From assembly GCA_963662315.1 (NCBI GenBank), contig OY759353.1, positions 4,608,001-4,672,000 of the forward strand: a stretch of 64,000 bases of DNA, written 5' to 3'. The stretch comes from Geopsychrobacteraceae bacterium (GTDB taxonomy: Bacteria; Desulfobacterota; Desulfuromonadia; Desulfuromonadales; Geopsychrobacteraceae). This document shows positions 54,124 to 63,879 of the stretch, in pieces; positions within the stretch are counted from its first letter, which is position 1, and every line of letters begins with the position of its first letter. The position numbers were made by a program, and so were the translations under genes. A model generated the notes under the pieces. It saw only the letters and a program-made list of their open reading frames with translations, was not told where the DNA came from and did not search any database.

Positions 54124-55785
54124 TCAGCGGATCAACATATCAGCCAATACTTTGCCCAGTTCTTCCAGTCGGTAGGGCTTGCGAAGCAACGCACTAAAAC
54201 CGTAATGTTGATAATCGGCCATAACCGGATCTCTGGAATAGCCGCTGGACACAATCGCTTTCACCTGCGGGTCGATCTGCTGAAGCTTGGCGATTGCCTC
54301 TCTACCGCCCATCCCTCCGGGAACGGTCAGATCCAGAATTACAGCGTCAAACTGAATTCCCTCCATTTTTCTTTGACGATAGAGCTCGATGGCCGCGCTG
54401 CCATCAGCTGTAACCTCGACCAGGTAGCCCAGTTCTTCCAGTGAAGCTTGCATAATGGTACGCACTGCTTCCTCGTCATCCATTAGCAGGATCCGCCCTT
54501 CGCCGTAGTGCAAATCATCTTCAGGCGCGGGTTCAGGGAAGGCGATAGGCTCTGTAGCGGGAAGGGTGATATGAAAGGTGGTTCCCTGGTCCAAACTTGA
54601 TTCCACTGATATACTGCCCTGGTGTCTTTTGATGATCGAGAAGCAGATGCTTAATCCGAGGCCGCTGCCTTTGAGCTTGGTGGAGAAGTAGGGATCAAAA
54701 ATCTTTGGCAGAATCTCTTTCGGCAATCCGGGACCAGAATCCGTGATGCTGATTTGCACGAAGTTTTTCTCTTGCAGGCTGGAAATAACATTTTGTGCGC
54801 TGATGACAATCTTGCCATTCTCCGCTATCGACTGGACGGCATTGAGCACCAGGTTGTGAAACACCTGATGGAGTTGCCCCTCATCAGCATGCACGGGGAA
54901 AAGATCCTTGTCCAGCACGAACTCGCACTTTACTGAGGAGCCGACCAGAGACAAATTGACCGCATCCCGGAGCAGTTGTTCGATGTGGATAATTTTCTTG
55001 ATCGGTTCCCCGCCGCGCGCAAAGGTGAGCAGTTGCTGGGTCAGATCTTTGGCCCTGATGGTAGCTTTCTCTGCATTCTCAAGTCGAATAGATAGCCTTG
55101 CCGGGGCATGAATCTGCGACTTCGCCAAGGAGATGTTACCGAGAATAGCTGCCAGGATGTTGTTGAAGTCGTGCGCGAGGCCCCCCGCCAGGATACCGAT
55201 CGATTCGAGTTTCGCGTTTCTTAAGGAAGCCTGCTCGGCATGCATCCGCTCGTTGACATCGATCATGGCCATGCGGCATTCCTGGCCCGACGGTGTGGGC
55301 TGCGCTTCGATCTGGACAAAAAAGAGCGCGTTGTCTTTTGATCTGAGCGCCAGCTCGCAGGCATCTTTGTTCGGGTGCGAATAGATGTTTTCGAGAAAAG
55401 TACAAAAGTCCGCCCGGTCTTCCACCGCAACGAAATTTTTAAAATGTCGACCGATTAATCCGGCTCGCTCGACTTCGAGGAACCTGGCGCACGTCAGGTT
55501 GGCGCTGAGAATCTTACCGCTGCGGTCGAGGCCGAGATAACCGACCGGAGAGTAATCGTAGAGATTGGTATATTCTTCCAGCAGGGTTTCCAGATCGTCT
55601 TTGATGTGCCGGAGTTCGGCGTTCTGCATTTCCAGTTCGGTCTGGTGCACCTGTAGCTCGTGAACAAGGCGCAGATGGTCATCCTCTATCTCGGGGGGAG
55701 GGGGCCGGTCATCTAACTCCCTGAGTTTTTCCTCCGCCAGACGCCGCAGTTCTTCACCTTTTGGTGGCTCTTTATTCTTGGACAT
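54124..55785 (-). CDS. PAS-hybrid histidine kinase/response regulator
   Basis: AHDFNNIL H-box, HATPase, receiver LMDDE...LDLTVP; start MSKNK overlaps the upstream gene. Confidence 0.93.
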   Translation of the reverse strand: MSKNKEPPKGEELRRLAEEKLRELDDRPPPPEIEDDHLRLVHELQVHQTELEMQNAELRHIKDDLETLLEEYTNLYDYSPVGYLGLDRSGKILSANLTCARFLEVERAGLIGRHFKNFVAVEDRADFCTFLENIYSHPNKDACELALRSKDNALFFVQIEAQPTPSGQECRMAMIDVNERMHAEQASLRNAKLESIGILAGGLAHDFNNILAAILGNISLAKSQIHAPARLSIRLENAEKATIRAKDLTQQLLTFARGGEPIKKIIHIEQLLRDAVNLSLVGSSVKCEFVLDKDLFPVHADEGQLHQVFHNLVLNAVQSIAENGKIVISAQNVISSLQEKNFVQISITDSGPGLPKEILPKIFDPYFSTKLKGSGLGLSICFSIIKRHQGSISVESSLDQGTTFHITLPATEPIAFPEPAPEDDLHYGEGRILLMDDEEAVRTIMQASLEELGYLVEVTADGSAAIELYRQRKMEGIQFDAVILDLTVPGGMGGREAIAKLQQIDPQVKAIVSSGYSRDPVMADYQHYGFSALLRKPYRLEELGKVLADMLIR

Positions 55786-58774
55786 GATTCCTCTTCTTTG
55801 AGGATAGAGGTAATTGCGCGCCTCCGTCCGTTTCCTGGCCGATGGCAATGATGCCGGTGATCTTGCCATTGGCGGCAAAGGCCGGTCGGGTTGACCAGCG
55901 CAAGGTGAGCAGGGACTGATCGGTTGCCTGAACCCGAGTGGTAATGCTCTGCACTGATTCCGCTTTCAACAGTTCCTGCAGCTCGGCTGCGACCTCGGAT
56001 CGGTCCACGTCAGGGATAAACTGCTCGACAAAATCCCGGCCGATGATGTTTTCCCGCTTGCAGCCCAAGCGTTTTTCGGCGGCTGGGTTGAACTCCTGGA
56101 TCTGTCCGTTCGTCGACAGGCCGATAATGATTGCCGGAATGGTCTGCAGCAGGGCATTGAACATTTCACCCGAAGCGCGCAATTCTGCTTCCAGGTGTTT
56201 CGCTTTAGTAATATCGGAAAAGGTCATGACCACGCCTTCGATCCGGTTATCCGTTGTTCGGTAGGGCATGATGCGCACCGTGAACCAGCGACCGTCGTTG
56301 GCGGTAACTTGCCTTTCACAGTATACCAGCGTGCGCAGTACCTCCTGGGCATCCGCCGGCAATTCCGGATAACGCAGCTCGCTGGACAGGTCGGTCAGCG
56401 GTCGCCCGATATCCCCGGCGATCAGCTTGAAGAGTTTGTTCGCGCCGGGGGTGAAGCGTTTGATCCTGAGTTCGTCATCGAGAAACAGGGTGATGATTTC
56501 GGTGCTGTTCAACAGGTTCTGCATGTCATTGTTGATTCGCTCCAGCGTGTCCACCTTGGATGCCTGCTCGGCATTGACCGTCTGCAACTCTTCGTTCATC
56601 GACTGCATCTCTTCCTTGGAGGTGGTTAGCTCCTCGTTGGTCGATTGCAGCTCCTCGTTGGTCGATTGCAGCTCCTCGTTCATCGATTTGAGCTCTTCCT
56701 GCGAACTTTGCATCCCCTCGCGAGTGGACTGCAGTTCCTCCTGGCTCTGTTTTAATTCCTGCTCCAGTTCGGCGATTCTGGTGTTTGTAGCAGCCCCTGC
56801 TTTGACGCGTGCGGCCTTTTTTGCCGCCGGCACCGACTCCATTTCCCTAAAAATCACCAATACCATCCCCTTAAGGGCTTCCGGGGATTTGAGCGGCTGG
56901 ACACTCAGTTCCAGAAGTTGCGGCTCTTTACTGATAATATCAACCTTGATCTTTTTGACAGTGACCGCATCCTGGTTCCGAACCGCCTTCTGAAAAGCGC
57001 TGGTCAGTTCAAAACGCAACCCGTCACGGGCCATGGCGAAGATGTTCCAGTTCACCTTTCCTGAGGCCGGTTCCAGATATTTACCGGTTCGTCCGCAGAT
57101 GTAAATGATATCCCCCTGATCGGTGGTCAACACGGCCGGCGGACAATGGTCCCGCAGCAGCTTCTGTTCCACAAGGGACTGGAGGTTGGCTGGTTGGCGT
57201 GACATGTTTGTCTCCTTAGAGGGGGGCGATATGGCGGGGGGCAGCATGGCTGGGAAAACCTGGTTTCCCAAGCGCAGGACTGATTCCTGCCGCATAAAGA
57301 GTCTTGACTTGGCTTGCGTTACGGCAAACATTGCCTGTAAATTCCCCACCGTTTCGGCGCTGCCCAAGAATAACAGGCCCTCTGGTTTGAGGCTGTAATG
57401 AAAGAGTTGCAGCAATCTTTTTTGCAGTTCTGGCTCCAGGTAGATGAGCAGGTTACGGCAGAGGAGAAGGTCCAGTTTGGTGAAGGGCGGATCCATGACA
57501 ATATTCTGGGTGGCAAAAGTGACCATCTCCCGGACCTTCTTCTTAATCCGGTAGCCGCCCTCTTCCTGGATGAAAAAGCGCTGCAGCCGATCGTTGGAAA
57601 CCTGCGCGGCGATATTGACCCGGTATAATCCCTGCCGGGCCTGATCGATGGCGTCCTGATCCAGGTCGGTGGCGAAGATCTGCAGGCTGTATTTCGCCTG
57701 CAATTTAAATTTGTCCAGCGCCTCAATAAAAATGATGGCCAGTGAATAGGCTTCTTCGCCAGTCGAACAGCCGGCCGACCAGGCGCGGAGGATGCCACCG
57801 TTGGGTTGTGCGCCCAGCAGCTTCAGAAGCGCTTTGTCGCGCAGTAGGTTCCACTCATCCGGATCGCGGAAAAAACTGGTCACGCCGATCAGCAGCTCCC
57901 GGAACAGCAGGTCGACCTCATTGGGATTCTCCTGCAGATAACGGACGTAGTCGGCAATCCGGTTCAGCTGATAAATCCCCATGCGACGTTCGATGCGGCG
58001 ATACAGGGTGCTCTTCTTGTACAGGGAAAAATCATGGCCGGTCCTACTCCGCAACAGGATGATGACCTTTTCCAGAGCGCTCTGTTCTTTCTCGATTAAG
58101 TCCGGTTGTGGACCGACGAGACGGGGAATATGGCGGAGATAGGTGTCGATTTTGCCGGGCATTTCCTCGGCCGGGGCGACGATATCGGCCAGTCCGGCAG
58201 AAATGGCACTGCGCGGCATACTGTCGAACTTGGCGGAAACAGGATCCTGCACTACTACTAGCCCCCCTTTCTCCTTGATCGCCCGCAGTCCCTGGGTGCC
58301 GTCGGTGCCCATCCCCGACAGAATGACCCCGATACTTAATTGCTGTTGATCGTCGGCTAGGGACCGGAAGAAGATATCGATCGGCAGGCGCAGCCCTCGC
58401 GGTGCCTCCGGTTCGAACAAGTGCAGAACGCCGTGCAGGATCGACATGTTCTTGTTGGGGGGGATGACGTAAACCCGGTTCGGCTGCACCTGCATTCGAT
58501 CTTCCACCTGGCAAACCGTCATCCCGGTGGCGCGTTGCAGCAGTTCGGGCATAACCCCTTTGTGGGTTGGATCGAGATGCTGAATGATAATGAAGGCAAT
58601 ACCGCAATTCTCCGGCACTTGCCGCAGAAATTGTTCCAAGGCCTCCAGCCCGCCTGCCGAAGCTCCAACCCCGGCAATGGGAAAACTTGCCTTCGCGGTT
58701 TGCACAGTGGAGTTTTCTTTGGGCTTATCGGTAGAATTTTTAGGGGTGTCGCCCCGGAGGGTTGATTTCTTCAT
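55772..58774 (-). CDS. CheB methylesterase-CheR methyltransferase-coiled coil-PAS fusion (MAC1-like)
   Basis: GASAGG, QHL, SGMGTDG; WSAGCSTGEEAYS, CRNLLIY; QSTNEEL repeats; PAS. Confidence 0.95.
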   Translation of the reverse strand: MKKSTLRGDTPKNSTDKPKENSTVQTAKASFPIAGVGASAGGLEALEQFLRQVPENCGIAFIIIQHLDPTHKGVMPELLQRATGMTVCQVEDRMQVQPNRVYVIPPNKNMSILHGVLHLFEPEAPRGLRLPIDIFFRSLADDQQQLSIGVILSGMGTDGTQGLRAIKEKGGLVVVQDPVSAKFDSMPRSAISAGLADIVAPAEEMPGKIDTYLRHIPRLVGPQPDLIEKEQSALEKVIILLRSRTGHDFSLYKKSTLYRRIERRMGIYQLNRIADYVRYLQENPNEVDLLFRELLIGVTSFFRDPDEWNLLRDKALLKLLGAQPNGGILRAWSAGCSTGEEAYSLAIIFIEALDKFKLQAKYSLQIFATDLDQDAIDQARQGLYRVNIAAQVSNDRLQRFFIQEEGGYRIKKKVREMVTFATQNIVMDPPFTKLDLLLCRNLLIYLEPELQKRLLQLFHYSLKPEGLLFLGSAETVGNLQAMFAVTQAKSRLFMRQESVLRLGNQVFPAMLPPAISPPSKETNMSRQPANLQSLVEQKLLRDHCPPAVLTTDQGDIIYICGRTGKYLEPASGKVNWNIFAMARDGLRFELTSAFQKAVRNQDAVTVKKIKVDIISKEPQLLELSVQPLKSPEALKGMVLVIFREMESVPAAKKAARVKAGAATNTRIAELEQELKQSQEELQSTREGMQSSQEELKSMNEELQSTNEELQSTNEELTTSKEEMQSMNEELQTVNAEQASKVDTLERINNDMQNLLNSTEIITLFLDDELRIKRFTPGANKLFKLIAGDIGRPLTDLSSELRYPELPADAQEVLRTLVYCERQVTANDGRWFTVRIMPYRTTDNRIEGVVMTFSDITKAKHLEAELRASGEMFNALLQTIPAIIIGLSTNGQIQEFNPAAEKRLGCKRENIIGRDFVEQFIPDVDRSEVAAELQELLKAESVQSITTRVQATDQSLLTLRWSTRPAFAANGKITGIIAIGQETDGGAQLPLSSKKRNHVQE
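56628..56699. repeat. 21-bp tandem repeat encoding (Q/K)S(T/M)NEEL heptads
   Basis: AGCTCCTCGTTGGTCGATTGC twice exact, plus degenerate copies. Confidence 0.85.
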
Positions 58775-58981
58775 ACCACCATTTATATCATTTTCTTAAA
58801 TATTTACCTGCATTATTCGAGATAATGCGGGGGCACTGGGCTCCCGCTTAAGACACTTTTTACAAAAATGACTGCTCCCGTCATGGTAAGACATCGCGCC
58901 AGACTTTTCTTTGCTAAAATAAAAACAATAAAGAACTTACATTTTAAAGAGCTATTCTTTTTAATACATAGGCCATGAACT

Positions 58982-59620
58982 ATGGAGCAGCGTTATTACC
59001 GATCGACCCAAATTGCCAACATTGCTTCCCCGGCGGTCGGTTTTATTCTGAGTATTCCCGGACTGGTTGCTCTCATCTTACAGGCTGTTCGCAATGGGAA
59101 TGGCCTGCACCTCCTCACTTTTCTCATCTTCGGCTTAAGCCTGGTCATCTCCTACGCGGTGTTTACTCTATATCATATCTTTAAATACCATGCCCGCTGG
59201 GGAAAGCTGTTCAAAATCCTTGATCACGCAACAATCTATCTTCTCATCGCCGGAACCTACACCCCCTTTACCCTGATTTTCCTACGCGGACGCTGGGGCT
59301 GGACCCTGTTTGGGCTCACCTGGGGAATCGCTGTGCTGGGAATTATTTTCAAAGTTTTTTACATCTATCGTTATAAGATAATGGGGCCGCTGGTCTACCT
59401 TGCGATGGGCTGGCTACTTATTTTAGCCATCAAACCTGCCGTTGAATTGATCCCCAGAAACGGATTACTGCTGCTGTTGGCGGGGGGGCTGTTTTACAGT
59501 TTTGGGCTAATTTTTTACGCCTGGAAGCGGCTGCGCTTTCATCATGCGATCTGGCATCTCTTTGTTTTGGCGGGCAGTTCCTGTCACTATGCCGCGGTCT
59601 ATTTTCATGCCATTCACTGA
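58982..59620 (+). CDS. Hemolysin III / PAQR family membrane protein (TrhA/YqfA-like)
   Basis: TLYH, LDHATIYLLIAGTYTP, HAIWHLFV. Confidence 0.92.
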   Translation: MEQRYYRSTQIANIASPAVGFILSIPGLVALILQAVRNGNGLHLLTFLIFGLSLVISYAVFTLYHIFKYHARWGKLFKILDHATIYLLIAGTYTPFTLIFLRGRWGWTLFGLTWGIAVLGIIFKVFYIYRYKIMGPLVYLAMGWLLILAIKPAVELIPRNGLLLLLAGGLFYSFGLIFYAWKRLRFHHAIWHLFVLAGSSCHYAAVYFHAIH

Positions 59621-60001
59621 TCATGGCGCTTGTGGTTGCAAGCTTTCACACATGAACACACCCTTTGATGATATGAAGACCCCGCTTTTCAAAGAATTGC
59701 CACATAGGCTATTTTGCCCTGATTTTGGGAGCAAAGTCCCAAGTATGCCAACCAGCCTCTTCAGTCGACGACCTGGTTGAGTTCACTTTCCAGCCCAAAT
59801 AATCCGAACCCTGCATGATCAGACTGGGCGGGTCTTCGCTGGCATGCTAGTAGCCTTTTGAATTTTTGAAAAAAAGAGTTGGCGGCATCACCAGCAGGAA
59901 CCTTTGCTAGCAGGTGGTATTCATTGCCGATTCCTCTCCGCATAGATGCATTCAATTTGACCGTTGAATTTAAGCATAACATCCAAGTATCAGTTTGTCT
60001 T

Positions 60002-60214
60002 TCAACTGGGATTGTTTTTAAAGGATTCGACATTGATCGGCAGACTTTTCAACGTTGGCTCGTAGAAGATAACCGTTTTCACCGGATGGGAGGTGACCGA
60101 GTCGTCGATATGCTGGCCAGGGCTTTCTGACTTAGTGGTAAATGCACATCCCGTGAAGGCGGCGACCTGAACCTGGCCATCGAGAAATGCCTTAAAGCGG
60201 TTAATTATGAACAT
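60002..60214 (-). pseudogene. Truncated BON-domain lipoprotein, copy B
   Basis: AAFTGCA...EPTLKSL.INVE matches 47615-47929; premature stop. Confidence 0.85.
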
Positions 60215-60284
60215 GACAATCTCCTTTTTGTCTGTAGCAATTGTGTCCTTATTGCTTTGCCGTTATGTGGCGTCTCGAATTCGT

Positions 60285-60605
60285 TTATCCTCTAAGTGCT
60301 GTCAGCGCCTCCACATCATCCGTAGCGATGATTGTGTTGACCCTGATTTCCGGCTCCATCGAGAGCAGTTTCATCGCTCCTTGCAAAATCTTGAAATATC
60401 CGGATCTGAGATGGGTCGTGAAGGCCTCATTGGTTTTCCATTCCTGTGTGAAGATAACAACATCTTCTGCCTCGACATCCAGGTAGCAGTGGCAACTTAC
60501 GCAGCCCTGTTCGTGGCGAATCTGGTCAAGCAGACTCTTGATGGTGCCTAAAACTTCATTGCGCTTATCCTCAGACACCGTCATCTTGATAATGACATCG
60601 ACCAT
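60285..60605 (-). CDS. ABM-family protein, copy B
   Basis: Colinear with 48010-48321; RBS AAGGAG. Confidence 0.85.
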   Translation of the reverse strand: MVDVIIKMTVSEDKRNEVLGTIKSLLDQIRHEQGCVSCHCYLDVEAEDVVIFTQEWKTNEAFTTHLRSGYFKILQGAMKLLSMEPEIRVNTIIATDDVEALTALRG

Positions 60606-60641
60606 CGGCTCACTCCTTTGGAATAAAGAGTTGGATAGCAA

Positions 60642-60828
60642 CTATCCCCGCAGCTTGAAGGCAGGGAATTGATTGAGAAGGCTAAAATGGTTCAGCAGTC
60701 ACCACACCACGACAATGACCACAACGGCAGAATGGCCTTGATGGACCCCGCCATGGGGATGAAGCGGTTGACCAGCCCGAGCAGAAACCGATCACGATCA
60801 GGACTATAACAACTTGAATGAATGGCAT
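60642..60828 (-). pseudogene. Frameshifted Thivi_2564-like small membrane protein
   Basis: MPFIQVVIVLIVIG / LLGLVNRFIPMAGSIKAIL / AVVVIVV spread over several frames; strong RBS. Confidence 0.7.
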
Positions 60829-60858
60829 GAACGCAAACTCCTCCCTCTTCGTTGTTAA

Positions 60859-61014
60859 ATGCTGGAGGCAGGTCATTTTCAGGATGAACCGGATCACCAG
60901 AATCAGACCGTATCCACACCGTGGACGACAACCTCAGTTCCGGCGGATAGCCCGTACGGGCATGGAACTGAGAAGCAGCAAAACAATGATGGCTATCAAC
61001 GGTGTTCCTAGCAG
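60859..61014 (-). pseudogene. DUF3309 pseudogene, copy B
   Basis: Aligns with 48484-48639; ATG to CTG and Trp TGG to TGA; RBS AAGGAG retained. Confidence 0.8.
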
Positions 61015-61055
61015 GGTCGTTCTCCTTTAAAAGATTGATCTATGATAAATGGATC

Positions 61056-61070
61056 GCAATTCGCGTGCCG
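61056..61070 (-). promoter_or_regulatory. Sigma-54 promoter P4
   Basis: CGGCAC-GCGAA-TTGC on minus strand. Confidence 0.85.
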
Positions 61071-61166
61071 GAGATGAACCTGCGCAGATGTGCATGTAAG
61101 AGCCTGTCAGGACATGGAAAATCAAATGAAGTTCCGATAAGATGAATAAAAAACCGTTACCGGATA

Positions 61167-61200
61167 CCGTCGCATTTAACGCAACCGTCAGATATGGCAG
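61167..61200 (-). promoter_or_regulatory. 34-bp enhancer (UAS) for P4
   Basis: CCGTCGCATTTAACGCAACCGTCAGATATGGCAG. Confidence 0.8.
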
Positions 61201-61254
61201 TTCCGGATGAGGTCTGAATAAGGAGAGGACCTTCACCGGCACCCCTTAAGGGAT

Positions 61255-61851
61255 TCATTTGACTTTATGTTGCAGATATCGGGTGCGGAGTAATATGTCC
61301 CACAGCGGTGTGGTGACACCGAAATTGCTATCGGGGTGAAAATGATGGATGTGATGTTTGGCAGCCCAACGTCGAGTCAGTCCTCGGCGAAAATGGCTGT
61401 GATGGATCATGAAGTGGCTCAGCCCGTAGGTGACATAGCCAAAGGCAATGGTGCCGGTCAACAGAAACGCATAACCGGTCGGCATTAGCAAAACACATAT
61501 CCCGACCAGTCCCAATAGTATCAGCGCTGGCAGAAAGAAGGGGATACTGTCGTAACCTAACGGATTTTCGTGATGGGCGCGGTGCCCCTCTACCATGACC
61601 CGAATTGATCCATGAAACATCCAGCGGTGAAAGAAGTACTCAAAAAAGCTGAAAACAAACAGGCCCGTCAGGAACGTGAGTAATGCTAAAACCGGATGAT
61701 CGTCAAAGGATTGCAATCCAGCGCCAACCAGAAAAATACCAAGCGGAAGATCGAGAACGAATTCACCCCAGTAGTTTGCCGGAGTCCGTGACAGTTTCAA
61801 GATACGGACCCGCACGGCAGCAAGCAACCCCTGGTTTATTGGTTCCTGCAT
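61255..61851 (-). CDS. Fatty acid hydroxylase / sterol desaturase family protein
   Basis: His boxes HRWMFH, HRAHH, HFMIHH, HHIHH; NFGVT..WD. Confidence 0.92.
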   Translation of the reverse strand: MQEPINQGLLAAVRVRILKLSRTPANYWGEFVLDLPLGIFLVGAGLQSFDDHPVLALLTFLTGLFVFSFFEYFFHRWMFHGSIRVMVEGHRAHHENPLGYDSIPFFLPALILLGLVGICVLLMPTGYAFLLTGTIAFGYVTYGLSHFMIHHSHFRRGLTRRWAAKHHIHHFHPDSNFGVTTPLWDILLRTRYLQHKVK

Positions 61852-61916
61852 AGATCTTGATCCTTCCTGCTACAAACGCTAGTTATGTGGCTTTGTTCTG
61901 TCTGACCGGTCAGGTT

Positions 61917-62168
61917 CTAAAACTTGATCTGCAGCGCGCCGGCACAGAGCAGGAACGACAACAAGTCATCCAACAGTGTCTGATTGAGGTCGCCCGCTTT
62001 CAGAACTGGCGCAATTTCGGACTGTCCGATATCGATACCGAGCAGCCCAGAACCACAACCCCCAGAGAGATCACCAAGGCAATGCCAATGATGTTCTTTT
62101 TCCATTTTATCGGTGTTGGAGTCTGCTCGTCCCAATGGGCTAATTATTAGTATGGCTCCTATGCCCAT
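61917..62168 (-). pseudogene. Probable N-terminal remnant of an NhaP/CPA1 Na+/H+ antiporter
   Basis: Across a frameshift: IALVISLGVVVL / LLGIDIG...DLNQTLLDDLLSFLLCAGAL, resembling the NhaP-family SFLLFAGAL segment. Confidence 0.55.
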
Positions 62169-62229
62169 GGGGGTGACGTACTTGCAGGCACCTGAGGCAG
62201 GTTATAACCGTTTCTTCAGACCGATACGA

Positions 62230-62620
62230 TTATTCTTTGGTTGCTTCAATAAGCTGCTTGTGCCCTTCAGGACGCTCTGGCTCGGCGGCCAATTGAAAGT
62301 AGCGGGCTGCTCGGTTTCCCGATCCTGTTGGCTGACGGTAGCGAACCAACAGCGCTTTAATTTCATAGCTTTTCCCTCCCCCGGTATGCTTATCTCTGTC
62401 GCTAAAAAGGATTTTGTCGGAATCGACTGTCTTCAGCGGAATGGACAGGCAGAAATTGTACACAGGAACTTCATGGCACTTCTTCTTAAGGACAAGGTTG
62501 CCGTTTAGAAGTTTATGTTCAGAATCATTTTTGTTGCCGGCAGTTATGAGTTTGTCCTTGTAGTGTTGTGGGATGATTCCCCACGCACCTTGCCAGATTT
62601 CGTGGTTTTTTTTAAGCTAT
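62230..62620 (-). pseudogene. Paralog of 49795-50184 with degraded start
   Basis: EIWQGAW...VDSDKI...LLVRY.QP...EGHKQ.IEATK; ATA at the start position and an in-frame TAG just upstream of an A8 run. Confidence 0.75.
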
Positions 62621-62638
62621 CGCGGCCTCTCATGATGA

Positions 62639-63811
62639 TCAACAGGGACGCTTCTCAGGATATTCCAGTACGACCCGGTAAGCATCCATCGAGCGACTGA
62701 GAAAAGCCTGAGCCGAGCCCCAGAGATAAAGCCGAAAACGCCGATAAAGCGGCTCTCCCCAACGACGAACAATCACTTCCCTGGCTGCTTCCAGATTTTC
62801 CGCCCAAGCCCTGCAGGTGAGGTAGTAGTTATGCCGATCGTTATGAACCTCCAGCACCTCCAGCGGGCTTTTTGCCACTTTGGTCAGAAATTCGTGCAGG
62901 CAGAAGTAGGCGTGGTCGCCCGGAAAGATATAGCGGGACACGTAGCTGGGCTTGGAATACTTTTCGCGAAAGGCGCTGGCGTCGAGATAGACGCGTCCCC
63001 CGGGTTTCAGCAACTGCTGCAGATGCTTAAGCACACCCGCATAGTTGGGCAGATGCTCCATCACACCAAGAATAACAATGGCATCGTATGGTTCCGGCGT
63101 TGTGTGTTCCCAAAAGTCTCGGTTAAGCACTTGGCAGGGTAGCTGCTGCCGCGCGATCAGATCGGCCAGGTAGATTTCCGACTGTTTGGAAATTGTCAGA
63201 GAGGTGACCCGGACGCCACGTCGCCCGGCGTGCTCGGTGAAACTGCCCCAGCCACCGCCGACATCCAGTACCCGATCACCAGCTTTCAGGCGGCAGGCGT
63301 CGATGGCAAAATCAAGTTTGCGTCGCTGAGCGCTTTCCAGATGTTCTGCATCGTCAGCGAAGATCGCTTGCGAATAACAGCGGGTCGGGTCCATGAAGCT
63401 AAGGTAAAACTCGTTGCTGAAGTCATAATGGCCGGCGATCGCCTTTCGATCGGTCTGCACCCGACCGACAAATAGCGGCATGATCCGCTGCCACAGGGCG
63501 TGCAGGGGATGATGATCTTTCAACAGGCCGCGCAGGCTGGCGAATCCCAGCATGTCGCCTTTGACATCCAGACTGCCGGACAGATAGGCTTCACAGATTT
63601 TCAGCTCATCCAGACGCAGCAGCGCCGCCAGCCCCCGGCGGTCTTCAACCAGGATCTCGACGGCCGGCTCGCCTTTGCCCAGCCGATAGACATGGTCCCC
63701 CCATAAACGAATTTCGATCGGGAGCGACAGCCGGTCGGCGATCCGTTTTTGGATTACTCGGAAGATCCTGTCGTAGCCTGTCGCTGTTGTCGTCTCGACA
63801 CAGAGTCCCAT
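62639..63811 (-). CDS. cfa: Cyclopropane-fatty-acyl-phospholipid synthase family methyltransferase
   Basis: HYDFSNEFY, AQRRKLD, VLDVGGGWG, YIFPG; start MGLCV fits the P5 position. Confidence 0.88.
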   Translation of the reverse strand: MGLCVETTTATGYDRIFRVIQKRIADRLSLPIEIRLWGDHVYRLGKGEPAVEILVEDRRGLAALLRLDELKICEAYLSGSLDVKGDMLGFASLRGLLKDHHPLHALWQRIMPLFVGRVQTDRKAIAGHYDFSNEFYLSFMDPTRCYSQAIFADDAEHLESAQRRKLDFAIDACRLKAGDRVLDVGGGWGSFTEHAGRRGVRVTSLTISKQSEIYLADLIARQQLPCQVLNRDFWEHTTPEPYDAIVILGVMEHLPNYAGVLKHLQQLLKPGGRVYLDASAFREKYSKPSYVSRYIFPGDHAYFCLHEFLTKVAKSPLEVLEVHNDRHNYYLTCRAWAENLEAAREVIVRRWGEPLYRRFRLYLWGSAQAFLSRSMDAYRVVLEYPEKRPC

Positions 63812-63879
63812 CGATGTACCTTTCTGAAAATTGACGATTCTGTGGGGAGTAACCGCCCACATATTCAGTCATGTATGTC

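Noticed and set aside
58878..58911. Partial UAS-like CCGTCA...CGCCA upstream of cheBR
   Set aside because: The second half-site is missing and there is no -24/-12 box at the expected distance.
59840..59854. Sigma-54-like TGGCATGCTAGTAGC on the plus strand
   Set aside because: Imperfect -12 element, only a weak half-site upstream, and no plus-strand gene downstream.
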